A stretch of DNA of 64,000 bases from an uncultured delta proteobacterium. Lineage in GTDB: Bacteria > Myxococcota > Myxococcia > Myxococcales > Myxococcaceae. Positions 23,991-35,336 of the stretch are shown here, in pieces (within the stretch, counting starts at the first letter, position 1; each line of letters starts with the position of its first letter). The translations under genes and the position numbers were made by a program. The notes beneath the pieces are model-generated. The model was not told the DNA's origin. It did no database searches and saw only the letters and a program-made list of their open reading frames with translations. The stretch lies in contig CAVQKE010000003.1 of assembly GCA_963713045.1 (NCBI GenBank), positions 32,001-96,000 of the forward strand, written 5' to 3'.

Positions 23991-26900
23991 ATGCTGGACC
24001 ACAAATCGGAATCCTGGTTCTATCCCAAGGCAACTGGCAACGTAGGCCGCGACCGCAACGCCAGAACTCTCCAATTCTCATTTCTGCTGTTCGCTTCTGC
24101 TTTGGGGATCGTCGCGGTCTTGGACGCGATTTCAGGAGAACCGTTTCCATTTCCAATTCTGGTTTCGGCGGTCGGCTTAGTCGCCGCCACGGCAATGAAT
24201 CGTGCGGGGAGGTCGGCGTGGGCTGGGCGAACCGCCATTTTGGCCATGATGTTGGGCGCAATTTTGCTAGTTTTCGAAGCGCATGACGGATTCCGCAGTC
24301 ACGCGATGCTCGTTTTTCCGGGGTTGCTGCTCATTTCTGTGATGTTGCTGGATCGCCTGTCCTACCTCGCGACAGGGGGTATCATCCTGTTGGCTGTTGC
24401 GGCACTGGGGATTGCCGACAAACAGGGACTGACCCGAGCCCAACCAGGGATTCGCACTCCCACAAGCTACGATTCCATCTTTAATGTCGAGCTAACTCTA
24501 GCGGTATTCGCCATGATCGGGACCAGGATCGTCAACGACGTCCAGAGGAACGTGTTCGATCTCCGTGCCAGCGTTGAGCAGTTGTCTGCCGCGAACCTCG
24601 AATTGACGAAGACCGCCGAGGCACTGCGCGAAAGCGAAGAGCGATTCCGAAGCATGGCCGATTCGGCGCCGGTGATGATCTGGGTATCCGGTCTGGACAA
24701 GGTTTGTACGTTCTTTAACAAGCCCTGGCTCGATTTTACGGGCCGAACCATGGACCAAGAAGTGGGCAACGGGTGGGCTAAGGGCGTGCATCAGGACGAC
24801 GTAGACCGTTATCTTGAGATTTACAATTCATCATTTCACGGGCGCCGCTCGTTTCAGATGGATTACCGGTTGCGACGTGCCGACGGAGAATACCGCTCGG
24901 TGTTGGATCACGGCACGCCGCTATACCGCGCAGGAGAATTTGCAGGGTTCATCGGCTCTTGTATCGACATGACCGAACAGAAGCTCCTGGCCGATCGACT
25001 CCATGATCAAACCGTGCAGTTAAGGGATGCGCAGCGCCTCGCGAACATCGGCAGTTGGGAACGACACGATGAATCCAACACGATCGATTGGTCTGAGGAG
25101 ATGTTTCGGATCTTCGGGGTATCGGGCAGCCCACCCGCCGACGTGGCGGATTTCGTAAGACTTGTGCACCCGAAAGACCAGGAAAAGGTCTTGAATAGCG
25201 TCAATGAGGTTTATTCGAGCGTTGTACCTGTAGAACTGTCCTACCGAATCATCCGGCCAGATGGCGAAGTTCATTACGTTCGCACGATCGTTCAAGCGAT
25301 CAGAAGTGATCGAGGTGCACCCGTTCGCCTCGTAGGTGCAGTTCAGGATATTACGGAGCAGGTCAAGACATTCGACCTTTTGCGCGAGAGCGAACAGCGC
25401 TTAAAGACTGCAGAGCACATTGCGCACTTAGGTCATTGGACTTGGGATCTCGATAGCCATCACGTTTCCTGGTCCGAGGAAATGTTTCATATTTTCGGGC
25501 AGCCATCAGATTACACACCTAGCTATGACGGATTTTTCGAAGCGCTCATACCGCAAGACAGGGAGCGGTTACGCCGGGAGGTAAGAGATGCTCTTGCGGA
25601 CCATAGCGTTTTGACTAGCGAGGCTCAAATTGTCCGACCCAATGGCGAGCTGCGTACGATTACATTCATTTCCGAAGCTGTGTTCGATGAGGAGGGCAAC
25701 CTCACGGGAATGTTTGGCGCCACTCAAGACACCACTGAAGTCAGGCGCGCGCAAAGAGCGGACTTCGCTAGGCAGAAGCTGGAGAGCGTAGGAGGGTTGG
25801 CAAGTGGTATTGCCCATGATTTCAACAACCTTTTGGGAAGCGTGCTAGTTCAAGCAGAAGTCGGGCTTAGGGGTCTCGTCGACGGTTCAAATCCCGTAGA
25901 AGAGCTGAAGACAATCCGGGATGTGGCGCTGCGTGGCTCTGAAATCGTCCGCGAGTTGATGATCTATGCGGGCAAGGAGAGCCCAACTGTTGAAACGGTG
26001 GACCTTTCAAACATTGTCAAGGAGATGCTTGAGCTGCTCAAGGTTTCCGTTTCTAAACCCGCAATGCTCGTAGCGGACCTCGGCAAAAATGTTCCCTCCG
26101 TCCGGGCCAATGCCGCACAGCTTCGGCAAATCGTGATGAACCTAGTAATAAATGCGTCCGACGCACTCGGAGACCAGGATGGAATCATCCGGCTGAGTAC
26201 GAGGTGCGTGAGGGTAGATGAGGACTCTGAGCCGGATGGTTTGGAAGCGGCCGACTACACGGTGTTAGAAGTCTCCGACACTGGTTCCGGTATCACACCG
26301 GAAACGCAAGGCAAGGTGTTCGATCCCTTCTTCACTACGAAATCCGCGGGTCATGGTCTCGGGCTCGCCATCGTGGATGGGATCGTGCGGAGTCTTCATG
26401 GTAGGATTCATCTTAATAGCGAGCTCGGGAAAGGTACTACATTTCAGATCTCGCTGCCATGCGCGGATAGCTATGTTGAGAGCGACAGTCACACCATTAC
26501 GGCCATCGAGGACTTTGGACCTCCACTTCGGTACGCCACTGTTCTGATCGTGGAAGACGAAGGTCCATTGCGCGAAGCTGTCGCGAAAATGCTTCGCAGG
26601 ACGGGCTTCGAGGTGTTCGATGTTGGTGACGGTTCGTCTGCGATCGATGTGCTTCGCGCCAATGCGACCAAGATTGATCTAATCCTGCTGGACATGACCA
26701 TCCCGGGTGCTTCAAGCCGTGAAGTTGTTGATGAAGCCGTGAAGGTCCGGCCGTACATAAAAGTGGTTCTGACCAGCGCTTACAGCGAAGACATGATCGC
26801 CGGAACGATAAACGCTCCGCAAATACGAGGTTTCATTCGCAAGCCGTTCCAACTCGGAGACCTTGTGAAAATGCTTCAGAATACTGTGGCCATGGCGTAA
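23991..26900 (+). CDS. Membrane-bound hybrid sensor histidine kinase/response regulator with three PAS domains
   Basis: N-terminal TM helices, PAS_3 repeats, H-box GIAHDFNNLL, N-box MNLVINA, G boxes DTGSGI/FDPFFTTK/GLGL, and a receiver with LIVEDE, LLDMTIP and FIRKP. Confidence 0.96.
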   Translation: MLDHKSESWFYPKATGNVGRDRNARTLQFSFLLFASALGIVAVLDAISGEPFPFPILVSAVGLVAATAMNRAGRSAWAGRTAILAMMLGAILLVFEAHDGFRSHAMLVFPGLLLISVMLLDRLSYLATGGIILLAVAALGIADKQGLTRAQPGIRTPTSYDSIFNVELTLAVFAMIGTRIVNDVQRNVFDLRASVEQLSAANLELTKTAEALRESEERFRSMADSAPVMIWVSGLDKVCTFFNKPWLDFTGRTMDQEVGNGWAKGVHQDDVDRYLEIYNSSFHGRRSFQMDYRLRRADGEYRSVLDHGTPLYRAGEFAGFIGSCIDMTEQKLLADRLHDQTVQLRDAQRLANIGSWERHDESNTIDWSEEMFRIFGVSGSPPADVADFVRLVHPKDQEKVLNSVNEVYSSVVPVELSYRIIRPDGEVHYVRTIVQAIRSDRGAPVRLVGAVQDITEQVKTFDLLRESEQRLKTAEHIAHLGHWTWDLDSHHVSWSEEMFHIFGQPSDYTPSYDGFFEALIPQDRERLRREVRDALADHSVLTSEAQIVRPNGELRTITFISEAVFDEEGNLTGMFGATQDTTEVRRAQRADFARQKLESVGGLASGIAHDFNNLLGSVLVQAEVGLRGLVDGSNPVEELKTIRDVALRGSEIVRELMIYAGKESPTVETVDLSNIVKEMLELLKVSVSKPAMLVADLGKNVPSVRANAAQLRQIVMNLVINASDALGDQDGIIRLSTRCVRVDEDSEPDGLEAADYTVLEVSDTGSGITPETQGKVFDPFFTTKSAGHGLGLAIVDGIVRSLHGRIHLNSELGKGTTFQISLPCADSYVESDSHTITAIEDFGPPLRYATVLIVEDEGPLREAVAKMLRRTGFEVFDVGDGSSAIDVLRANATKIDLILLDMTIPGASSREVVDEAVKVRPYIKVVLTSAYSEDMIAGTINAPQIRGFIRKPFQLGDLVKMLQNTVAMA

Positions 26901-27117
26901 AGGTTATATCGCACCACAGGTGCTGTAATCGATTACTCAGGCCACAACTCGAGCGGTCGGTGGCTGACACGGTCTGGCATGAGTTCGCGCACTACTTCGG
27001 AATGGACGAAGGGCGAGTGTGCCGGGCGGAGCGGCAGAGGCGAAGTTAGTCCGGGTGGCATCCCTCAAACGGTTTTGGTTGCTTCCAATGGTCCGAGGCT
27101 ACACCACCGATGCCGAA

Positions 27118-27393
27118 CTATGACGCCTTTTTGTAAGCACTCCTTCCAGCATCAACAGCAGCCGAAAACTTGCTCACTTGGTGCTGAAACCCCTCTTTCC
27201 GACGTTCCACGGTTTTGACTGCCCGATTTCGCAGATGTTCGGCCCGACGCTTCAGCATGTCCGCGGTTTCGCGCGTCTTCGCTTGACAATAGGCTCGGGT
27301 GTTGGCCCCGGACTTCGGAGCAAAGAGCGTTGCGACGACGGTTCCAACTCCTAAACCGAGACAAAACGACCTGATCCGGTTCCACTCTTTCAT
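27118..27393 (-). CDS. YtxH domain protein
   Basis: FCLGLGVGTVVATLFAPKSGANTR...AAVDAGRSAYKK. Confidence 0.8.
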   Translation of the reverse strand: MKEWNRIRSFCLGLGVGTVVATLFAPKSGANTRAYCQAKTRETADMLKRRAEHLRNRAVKTVERRKEGFQHQVSKFSAAVDAGRSAYKKAS

Positions 27394-27978
27394 GTGTTTT
27401 TACTCCATTCGGAAGTTCTTGAAAAATGCCCATGGTTGATATTGACAGTCACCAAGAGAAAGGGCCCGCGGGGCGCCATCCTTGGTATCCGTACGGGCAG
27501 GCCGGTGAAAATATGAGCGGCCGAGCTTGATGTCTTGGATGCCTGGCACAGACTTGGCGCTAGAAGAAAAAATCATTGCCGAATCCTTGAACAACTGTTC
27601 TCGCGAAAATAACCGTTGATGCTGCTGCCTATTCGGTCCAGACTGATTCAAAGGGCATCTTCACAGTGGTGCTGGCCAGTAGCGAACTCTCCAACGCAGG
27701 AGTGGCGGCGCTGCATCACAGGTGTTAGAACATCGCCATGGCCCGAAAGGCTGAATTAACCTCGACCGTGCTGGTGGTAAAAGCAACACTTGGGACTTCT
27801 CCTAATTGCGAAGCTGGGACACCTGGCGTAAATCCGGCATCACAGTCTGGAACACCTGAGGTTGAAAAACTCATACCCGAAGGGGCGCGACCAGGTGCCT
27901 CGACCCGAAACCGAATGCAATGCGGTAGCTCGACGAGTCCACGAACTCCCGCAAGTTAGCATAGTCTTCGGGTTGGCC

Positions 27979-28416
27979 TTAGTGTACTTCTCCATTGTCG
28001 TCAGACTCAGGCGGGTGCCAGACCTGTGGGCCGCGACATACGGGCCCGTCGTCACATTGGCAACCCGCGATCGCTTTGCAGTTACGTCGGCAACTATGCT
28101 CCGGATGTTTCTCGTCCGGCTTCTGTATTACGTCGCAGTTCGACGGTAACTTGCCCAGGCAGGCCACATATTCCTCGTGTGTCTTGCTGGTGTCCCCGCA
28201 ATGCTTCACGCCGGCTTCTTGCTCTTCGGCCATCATTGCCGGACAGTGGCAATCATGTGGTGATCCAATACGGCAAATCCATCGGTCCTCCGGGTCGCGA
28301 GCTGGTGGCTGTTGCTCAGCTTTGGCGGGGTTCCTTGGCTTCGGGATCGATTGTTGCGCGGCCAGAATTACCGCCAAGCCGGCGAAGATTACGATAGAGT
28401 TGATGTTTCGGCTCAT
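27979..28416 (-). CDS. Secreted cysteine-rich hypothetical protein
   Basis: Signal-like MSRNINSIVIFAGLAVILAAQ; 11 Cys in the mature part, including CHC and CQC. Confidence 0.65.
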   Translation of the reverse strand: MSRNINSIVIFAGLAVILAAQQSIPKPRNPAKAEQQPPARDPEDRWICRIGSPHDCHCPAMMAEEQEAGVKHCGDTSKTHEEYVACLGKLPSNCDVIQKPDEKHPEHSCRRNCKAIAGCQCDDGPVCRGPQVWHPPESDDNGEVH

Positions 28417-29277
28417 ATTCCTCGGGCCTTTCGCGGTCGGGAAGACACGGCGCACCACCGTCACCCAAAGGTCCTGTCCATCCAGCTGACGCCGTGTATT
28501 TGCGGCGGCATAATCGGTCCCAGGATGAACTCGGCAGCTATTCAGCTGTCAGCTGTTCACCTCCGGAGGCGGAAACTCAGCGGGCAATGCCGATTGCCTC
28601 TCGCAAGAGAACACCATGCCTTGCAGACCTCAAGACCCAAGGTACAGATTCTCGATTGTGTTACACCGCGGTATTGTTTTGTTCGGCTAACCGTGTTAGG
28701 GCCAACTGGAGAATGACTAAGGAAGAACCTCCAAGTCAGCTGACGATGCGAGATTAGGTTCCCTTGGTATGTCACTTGGCCTTCGTGGCAACTGTCGCCC
28801 TCGGAAGTCCAGTTGCGGCTCTTCGCCATGCTGCTGAGCACTGAAGGACATTTGGGAGTGCTTTCATGCTGGAATCCCACCGTTGCTTGCGAACAGCCTG
28901 GGTTAGTGCTTCTCCGCTCACATCCTTGTTTGGCGAGCAGATCATCGACCGCCGGATTAAGAACAACCGTCGTCTCCTTGGATGCAGTTCCCGTAGCAGA
29001 GATCTTTTTAGTGAAGCTTACTCGGACTCCCAGACGCCGGTCCAGCAGCCACATGTTGTCGACGTGCTTCTAAACGTTTTTTGGGCGATAGGTACGAAGC
29101 GACCGACTGTTCGAGGAATCGCCATAAGCACGGCACCAGCTTCTCGTCCGAAGGCGGATCTTTTCCCCTACCCATCCACGAACGCGGCCGGTTCACGGCA
29201 ATAGCGCTCTGGAACGAAAAATAATATGGAGTGGCGGCCGTTTATGGTAGAGGTTTCGCCGCCGGTCGCTTCTGCGC

Positions 29278-29417
29278 CATCGAACTGATCATGATTCTAC
29301 AATCGCTGCAATCGCTTCCGGGGTTTATCTATGATCGCGCCCGGTTCAACGACCAACTCGCCGAGCGGCGGATGGACTGTCGCCGCTGCGGCACCGTGGT
29401 CGTCGAAGGTGTTCCTA
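29278..29417 (+). pseudogene. Internally deleted ISL3-family transposase N-terminal relic
   Basis: Collinear fragments [29 protein letters not shown] and [15 protein letters not shown], recalled as ISL3 transposase zinc-finger region blocks with the intervening parts missing. Confidence 0.55.
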
Positions 29418-29524
29418 TTTATTGCGCCTCGCCACATTGGATTGCATCACCACTCTTGGAGAGCCAGCGCGGCCAGCGCCACGCTGACTTCTCCGATCGA
29501 GCAGCAGGGAGACTAGCAATCGAA

Positions 29525-32280
29525 ATGACCGCCGAAGCCGCGCGACTCGAAGGAGCTCGAAAATCCGGCATCCCCTGGAGAAAATGGGGACCTTATCTCA
29601 GCGAGCGGCAGTGGGGAACGGTGCGCGAGGACTACAGCGGCGACGGAAACGCATGGGAGTATTTCACCCACGATCAAGCCCGCTCGCGCGCGTACCGTTG
29701 GGGCGAAGACGGCTTGGCGGGGATCTGCGACGAAAAGCAGCTTTTATGTTTTGGCTTGGCCTTGTGGAACGGGCGCGACCCAATCCTCAAAGAACGTTTG
29801 TTCGGCCTGACCAACCGCGAAGGAAATCACGGCGAGGATGTCAAGGAATATTACTTCTATCTGGATAACACGCCTACGCATTCGTACATGAAGTACCTGT
29901 ACAAGTACCCGCAAGGGCGTTTCCGTATCGAGGAGCTGGTCGAAGACAAACCGACTGCGCGGGCGCAGCGACATGGAATATGAGCTGCTCGACACCGGCA
30001 TTTTCGACGAGCGATCGGTACTTCGACGTATTCGTCGAATATGCGAAAGTATGCTCCTGAAGACATTCTGATCCAGATCAGCATATGCAATCGCGGCCGA
30101 GACCGCCGCTGCTCGACCTCCTTCCTACGCTGTGGTTTCGCAACACCTGGAGCGGTTCGCCTGGCGCGGACAAACCAGTGTTGAAAGTCGCCCCGCTGCC
30201 CGCAGGGTTGCGCGTGATTGCTCCAGCGCGCCAGCGAGACATGGGAGATCGGTATCTTTATTGTGAGGGCGACGTTCCGCTGCTATTCACCGAAAATGAG
30301 ACTAATAACGCGCAGGCTGTTTGGAACAGCATAACGACAGCCATTCGTCAAGGATGGCATCAACGACTACCTCGTTCTTGGCAAGCAGACACGCGGTTAA
30401 CCCCAACCAACAAGGAACCAAAGCGTCGGCTCATTACCGCCTCGCCGTGGAAGGCCGGCGCGGTGGCAACCGTCTGGCTGTCGCAAACGACCGCGCTCGG
30501 CTACGCATCGGCGCAGCCCTTCACCCCCGTTTTCCGAAACGATTACGCGCGGCGCAGCGAAGCGGACGAATTCTACGCCTCCATCACGCCCGACTGGGTC
30601 GCGAAGCCGCAGGCCGCGTTCATGCGGCAGGCGTTGGCCGGTATGCTTTGGAGCAAACAGTTTACTTTTCCGTCGATGCTGGACACGATGGCTGGCCGAG
30701 CATGGTGCCGATCCGATCCGCAACCGAGCGCGCGGCGCATCCGGAACAGCGAATGGTTCCACATGGTCGAACGAGAACACGATCTCGATGCCGGATAAGT
30801 GGGAGTATCCATGGTACGCGGCTTGGGACCTCGGCTTTTCACGCGATCGCGCTCTCGTCGGTGGATGTCGAGTTCGCCAAACGGCAACTGGAGTTGTTGC
30901 TGCAGGAATTCTACTTGCACCCCACCGGGCAGATACCTGCTTACGAGTGGAACTTCAGCGACGTAAATCCGCCGGTGCACGCGTGGGCCACGTCTTCCGT
31001 GTACAAAATGGAACAGGCGCTGCACGGCGTCGGCGACATCGAGTTCCTGGAGCGGGTTTTCCAGAAGCTGCTTCCTCAACTTCACCTGGTGGGTGAACCG
31101 CAAGGATCGCGTTTGGAAAAAACGTCTTTGAAGGCGGCTTTCTCGGTCTGGACAACATCGGGGTTTTCGATCGATAGCGCCCCTTTGCCCGAAGGCGCGG
31201 TACCTGGAACAGGCGGACGGCACCGCGTGGATGGCCCTGTTCTGCCAGAACATGATCGAGATTGCGATCGAGTTCGCGGACGAAAGACCACACCTACGAA
31301 GAAATGGTCAACGAAGTTCGTCGATCATTTTCTATGGATCTCCAGAGCGTAACCGGAACGGGACGAGCGGAATGTGGGACGAAGAGGACGGCTTCTATTA
31401 CGACGTGCTGCGCATGCCCGGACGGAACGTCAACTCGTCTGAAAGTCCGCTCGATCGTAGGGCTTCTTCCGCTCTGCGCCACAACGGTGGTAGAGCCCTG
31501 GCAGAGAGAGCACGTGCCGGACCATGGCAACATGCGATGGAGCGCATGCGCCGGATGCCTGCACTGTTGCGAGAGCATCCATCCGACTGGGCCGCAGCAC
31601 ATCGGGGTCGCGAGACCGCGGGATTTTCGCGTTGGTAAATCCGGATCGGTTGCGGCGGATTCTCTCACACATGCTGGATGAGAACGAATTCTTCAGTCCT
31701 TATGGCATCCGAGCGCTCTCTCGCTATCATGCGGAACATCCCTATACCTGGGTACGGATGGTGGAGTATCGCGTCGACTACCTTCCGGCCGAATCCGACA
31801 CCGGGATGTTCGGAGGCAACTCGAACTGGCGGGGGCCGATCTGGATGCCGATGAACCGCTCCTCATCCGCGCGCTTTTGCAGTACTACCTTTACTATGGA
31901 GACACCTTCAAGGTGGAGTGCCCGACGGGTTCGGGAAAGCTGATCAATCTCTTCGAGGTCGCCCGCGAGATCTCAAACCGCTGGCCAGCATTTTTCTTCG
32001 GACGCCGGGCCCCGACCTGTATTCGGCGGTGCCGAAAAGTTCCAGAAGGACCCGAACTGGCGGGACAACATACTCTTTTACGAATACTTCCACGGCGATA
32101 ACGGCGCCGGGTCTGGGGCGCAGCCATCAGACCGGCTGGACCGGGCTTGGTGGCCAGGCTGATCCGGCTGTTCGGCCGGCTCGATCCCGATCAGTTCCTT
32201 GCGGCCGGCAGAACGGCGGCGTTGACTCGCGAATCGACCCTGCCTCGTCGGGCTTAGCCCTGGAGCACGCAAGACTATAA
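29525..32280 (+). CDS. MGH1/GH63-like glycoside hydrolase, copy 2 (heavily frameshifted)
   Basis: [96 protein letters not shown]; collinear with copy 1. Confidence 0.88.
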
Positions 32281-32296
32281 GCGCTCCACGACGTAT

Positions 32297-32640
32297 CTAC
32301 TTCGTCTTCGAGGCCCGATATCCCGCCTTGATGGCATCGTCCTCCGTCACGAATTTACCCTGCTTCGTGCCACCGTACCATTTGCCGCCTTTTTGATACA
32401 CACCGGTTTCGGTGTTGACCCATACTTTGCCGCTCGCCTTGGCCGCCGCGATTTCAGACTCAGGGACAGTCTTGGCCGGCAGTGACGTCGCGGACTGGCG
32501 GTCTGGCCTGTCTCGGTGGCTTTTTCCTCTTCTTCGCCGTGGACTTCGTGGTGTCGTCCGTCTGAAAAGCCCCGATTGACGGCGCTAACGTTAAAGCCGG
32601 TTGCCGCGATTCAAGGCGTCAAAAGCTTTCGAATCCTCAT
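32297..32640 (-). CDS. Small secreted Lys-rich protein with a KVWVNT...KWYGxTKQGKF domain (frameshifted)
   Basis: AGGAGG RBS; MRIRKLL... signal; C-terminus EIAAAKASGKVWVNTETGVYQKGGKWYGGTKQGKFVTEDDAIKAGYRASKTK. Confidence 0.65.
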
Positions 32641-32838
32641 AGTCCCTCCTTCGCTCCAAGCCGCCTGAGGCCTGCTGACTCAAGAACATAGCTGAACCTG
32701 ATCGGGCCGGAGGCCTGACCGGCTCCCGACTGCTGAGCGTTCGCATTTTGGCCCACGGATGCAACTTAGGGGTTACAGATTCGTACACGTCCAGCGAACG
32801 GGGCTCGTCTTAGTTGCTTCGTACTAAAAATTAAATCA

Positions 32839-33420
32839 ATGATCCGACTTCAGCATCGCTTTTCCATTGCCCTTTTGGCAGCAGCGGTGGCGCTTCCCCT
32901 GCGCCCCGCGGACATTCCTCCAGCAAGCATTCCGAATTCCTGCATTCCTAATTTCCACCGGGTAAACGATCATGTGTTTCGCGGCGGCCAGCCGCCTACC
33001 GAAGCCTGGGCCGATCTTGCGAAGCTCGGCGTCAAGCTGGTGATCGATTTACGGCGCGAAGACGAGCATTCCTCCGCCGCCGAGTCGCAGGCTGTTCAGG
33101 CCGCGGGCATGAATTACGTAAACTTCCCGATGAAAGGTGTGGTTGCACCGGCGAACGAACAGGTCGGCAAGATCCTGGCGCTCTTGAATTCTTCGGATGC
33201 CATTTTCATTCATTGCAAGCGCGGTGCAGACCGTACCGGCGTGATCGTCGTGCGTCATCGAGTTGAGCACGATCATTGGGATCGCAAAAGGGCTCTGGCG
33301 GAGGCCAAGTCCTTTGGCATGTCGTGGGACCAGTTCGGTTTGAAGAAATACGTCATGGGATTCCAGCCCGTGGCGGATCGCGTCGCCAGAGATTTTTCGA
33401 CGGTTGAGCAGTCACAGTAG
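32839..33420 (+). CDS. Secreted cysteine-dependent tyrosine/dual-specificity phosphatase
   Basis: Signal peptide; NFHRVNDHVFRGGQP, VIDLR and catalytic HCKRGADRTG. Confidence 0.9.
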   Translation: MIRLQHRFSIALLAAAVALPLRPADIPPASIPNSCIPNFHRVNDHVFRGGQPPTEAWADLAKLGVKLVIDLRREDEHSSAAESQAVQAAGMNYVNFPMKGVVAPANEQVGKILALLNSSDAIFIHCKRGADRTGVIVVRHRVEHDHWDRKRALAEAKSFGMSWDQFGLKKYVMGFQPVADRVARDFSTVEQSQ

Positions 33421-33618
33421 CTCGCCGCGAGACAGCCACCGTACGACTGGCCCGGTCTAGGTGTGCCCACCAGTTTCAGATCAGGGCGCTGACAGAGAAG
33501 TGAATTTCGCCGACGGCTTAAACTCCAGCCGCGGCTTTGGATTTTCCTCGCGGAGCAGAACGCGTTACGTGTGTCTAAACGCGTCCGAGCTCCAAGTTTT
33601 TTCGAAAGAGGTATTTAC

Positions 33619-35336
33619 ATGAGAATTGACAAATTGGGAAGGACAAGTTTTTCCGCCGTGCTTTTGTGGTTCGGGTTTTCGGCAATCTCCGTTGCCGGGA
33701 GCGAACCGCTGTATGGACCGCGGGCACGTTGCATCGCGTCGGGATGTCGGAGGCTCCGTTCCTGGCGGGACTCAGGTGAACCTGGCCGCCGCGCGAAATG
33801 GGTACGCGTCCTTTCAGGTGGTGGTCAACGGTGCGTCTGGCGGGCTGAACAATGTCAACGTGAAGGTCTCGGACTTGAAAGGCCTCGGAGATAAAGCTAT
33901 TCCGCAGTCCAGCTTCACGCTGTATCGCGAAAAGTACGTACTACGTCAGTGCGTCCAGCCCCAATTGGGAGGGCTCGAACAAGCCGCATGGGCCCGGCTG
34001 GTATGCCGATGCACTCATTCCCTTCACCGACCCCGAGACCGGCAAGCCGCTCTCGGGCGCGGCAACTCACGGCCGTGCCATTCGATCTAAAGTCCGGCGT
34101 GAACCAACCGATCTGGGTGGACCTGCTTGTGCCACAGAACGCCGCGGCGGCGAGCAGTACACGGGGACATACACGGTAACCAGCAATCAGGGCAGAGTCC
34201 ACCGGTCGAGATTTCTCTGACAGGTCTGGAATTTCAATCTGCCGACCGCTCCCGCGCTGAAGATCCTCATTCCTGTTCATCCAGCGCCGGGACGCTGGAA
34301 GCCAACAAGGAATTGCTGCGCAACAAGATTTCGCCGTCTGCGACGCCTGCCGTCCAGATGCCGCTCCTGAAAGGACGCGGGCTCAACGCCACCGATACCG
34401 GGCCGTTCAGCGGCGCCGACGTAGGCAACTGCAAAATGTCGCCGGCGCCTATGTCAACCAGTTCAAGCTCCGCGGCACAGCGGCGCAGCAACCAGGTGTG
34501 CTCTTGTACGACTACAGCGCCGATGAGATCGGCCATTGCTCCAACCTGTATCCGACGATCAAGCAGTGGGGCACAACATGCATCAGGCGGGCATCAAGAA
34601 TCTGATTTCCATGTCGCCGACTCCGGCGCTGTACAACGATGGTTCGGCAACAGGGCGTTCCGCCGTGGATATCTGGGTGCTTCTGCCGGTGATGTACAAC
34701 AATGCGAAAGGCGAGGTGACCCACGTGCTGAAAAAGGGCGATGAGGTCTGGTCCTACAACACCGCTGGTGCAGGATGCCTACTCTCCGAAATGGGAAATC
34801 GATTTCGATCCCGTCGATTTCCGTATCCAGCCCGGCTTCATCAGCCAGAGCCTCAACCTGACCGGCCTGCTCTACTGGCGGGTCGATCGCTGGGGTCGGA
34901 TCCCTGGAACAACGTAAACAACACCGGCGCCTTCAGCTCGGCCAACTATCCGGGCGAAGGGATGCTGGTGTACCCGGGCCAGCAGGTGGGCGTGCCGGGC
35001 GTGGTCGCTTCGATGCGTCTGAAGTGGCTGCGCGACGGAGTTGAGGACTACGATTACGCAGAAATCCTGAAGGGACTCGGAAAGGCGGACCTGGCGATGC
35101 AGATCGCGCGGTCGGTCGGGCCGGACTGGACACCGTGGACACGCGATCCGAAGGCCGTCGATGCTGCCCGGCAAATGTTGGGAGAAGCGATCGATCACCT
35201 TATGAGTCGGGGGACCGAGGAAAACACCAGTGCGGAAGGTCTGCCGGCGGAAAAGCTGGCTATTCGATCGCAGGCAAGTGATCGGTGGGTCGCGCCCACC
35301 AGACGTAGAAGGTGGGCAGCAGGAAAATGCTCATAA
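33619..35336 (+). CDS. Secreted DUF4091 (GH123-like C-terminal domain) protein, frameshifted
   Basis: Signal peptide; LAAARNGYASFQVVV, GWYADALIPF, NQPIWVDLLVP, GLLYWRVD and GEGMLVYPG...SMRLKWLRDGVEDYDY. Confidence 0.78.

Noticed and set aside
29231..29524. Novel zinc-finger N-terminal domain on GH63 copy 2
   Set aside because: Better explained as an in-frame ISL3 relic. An RBS and ATG at 29525 match the start region of copy 1.
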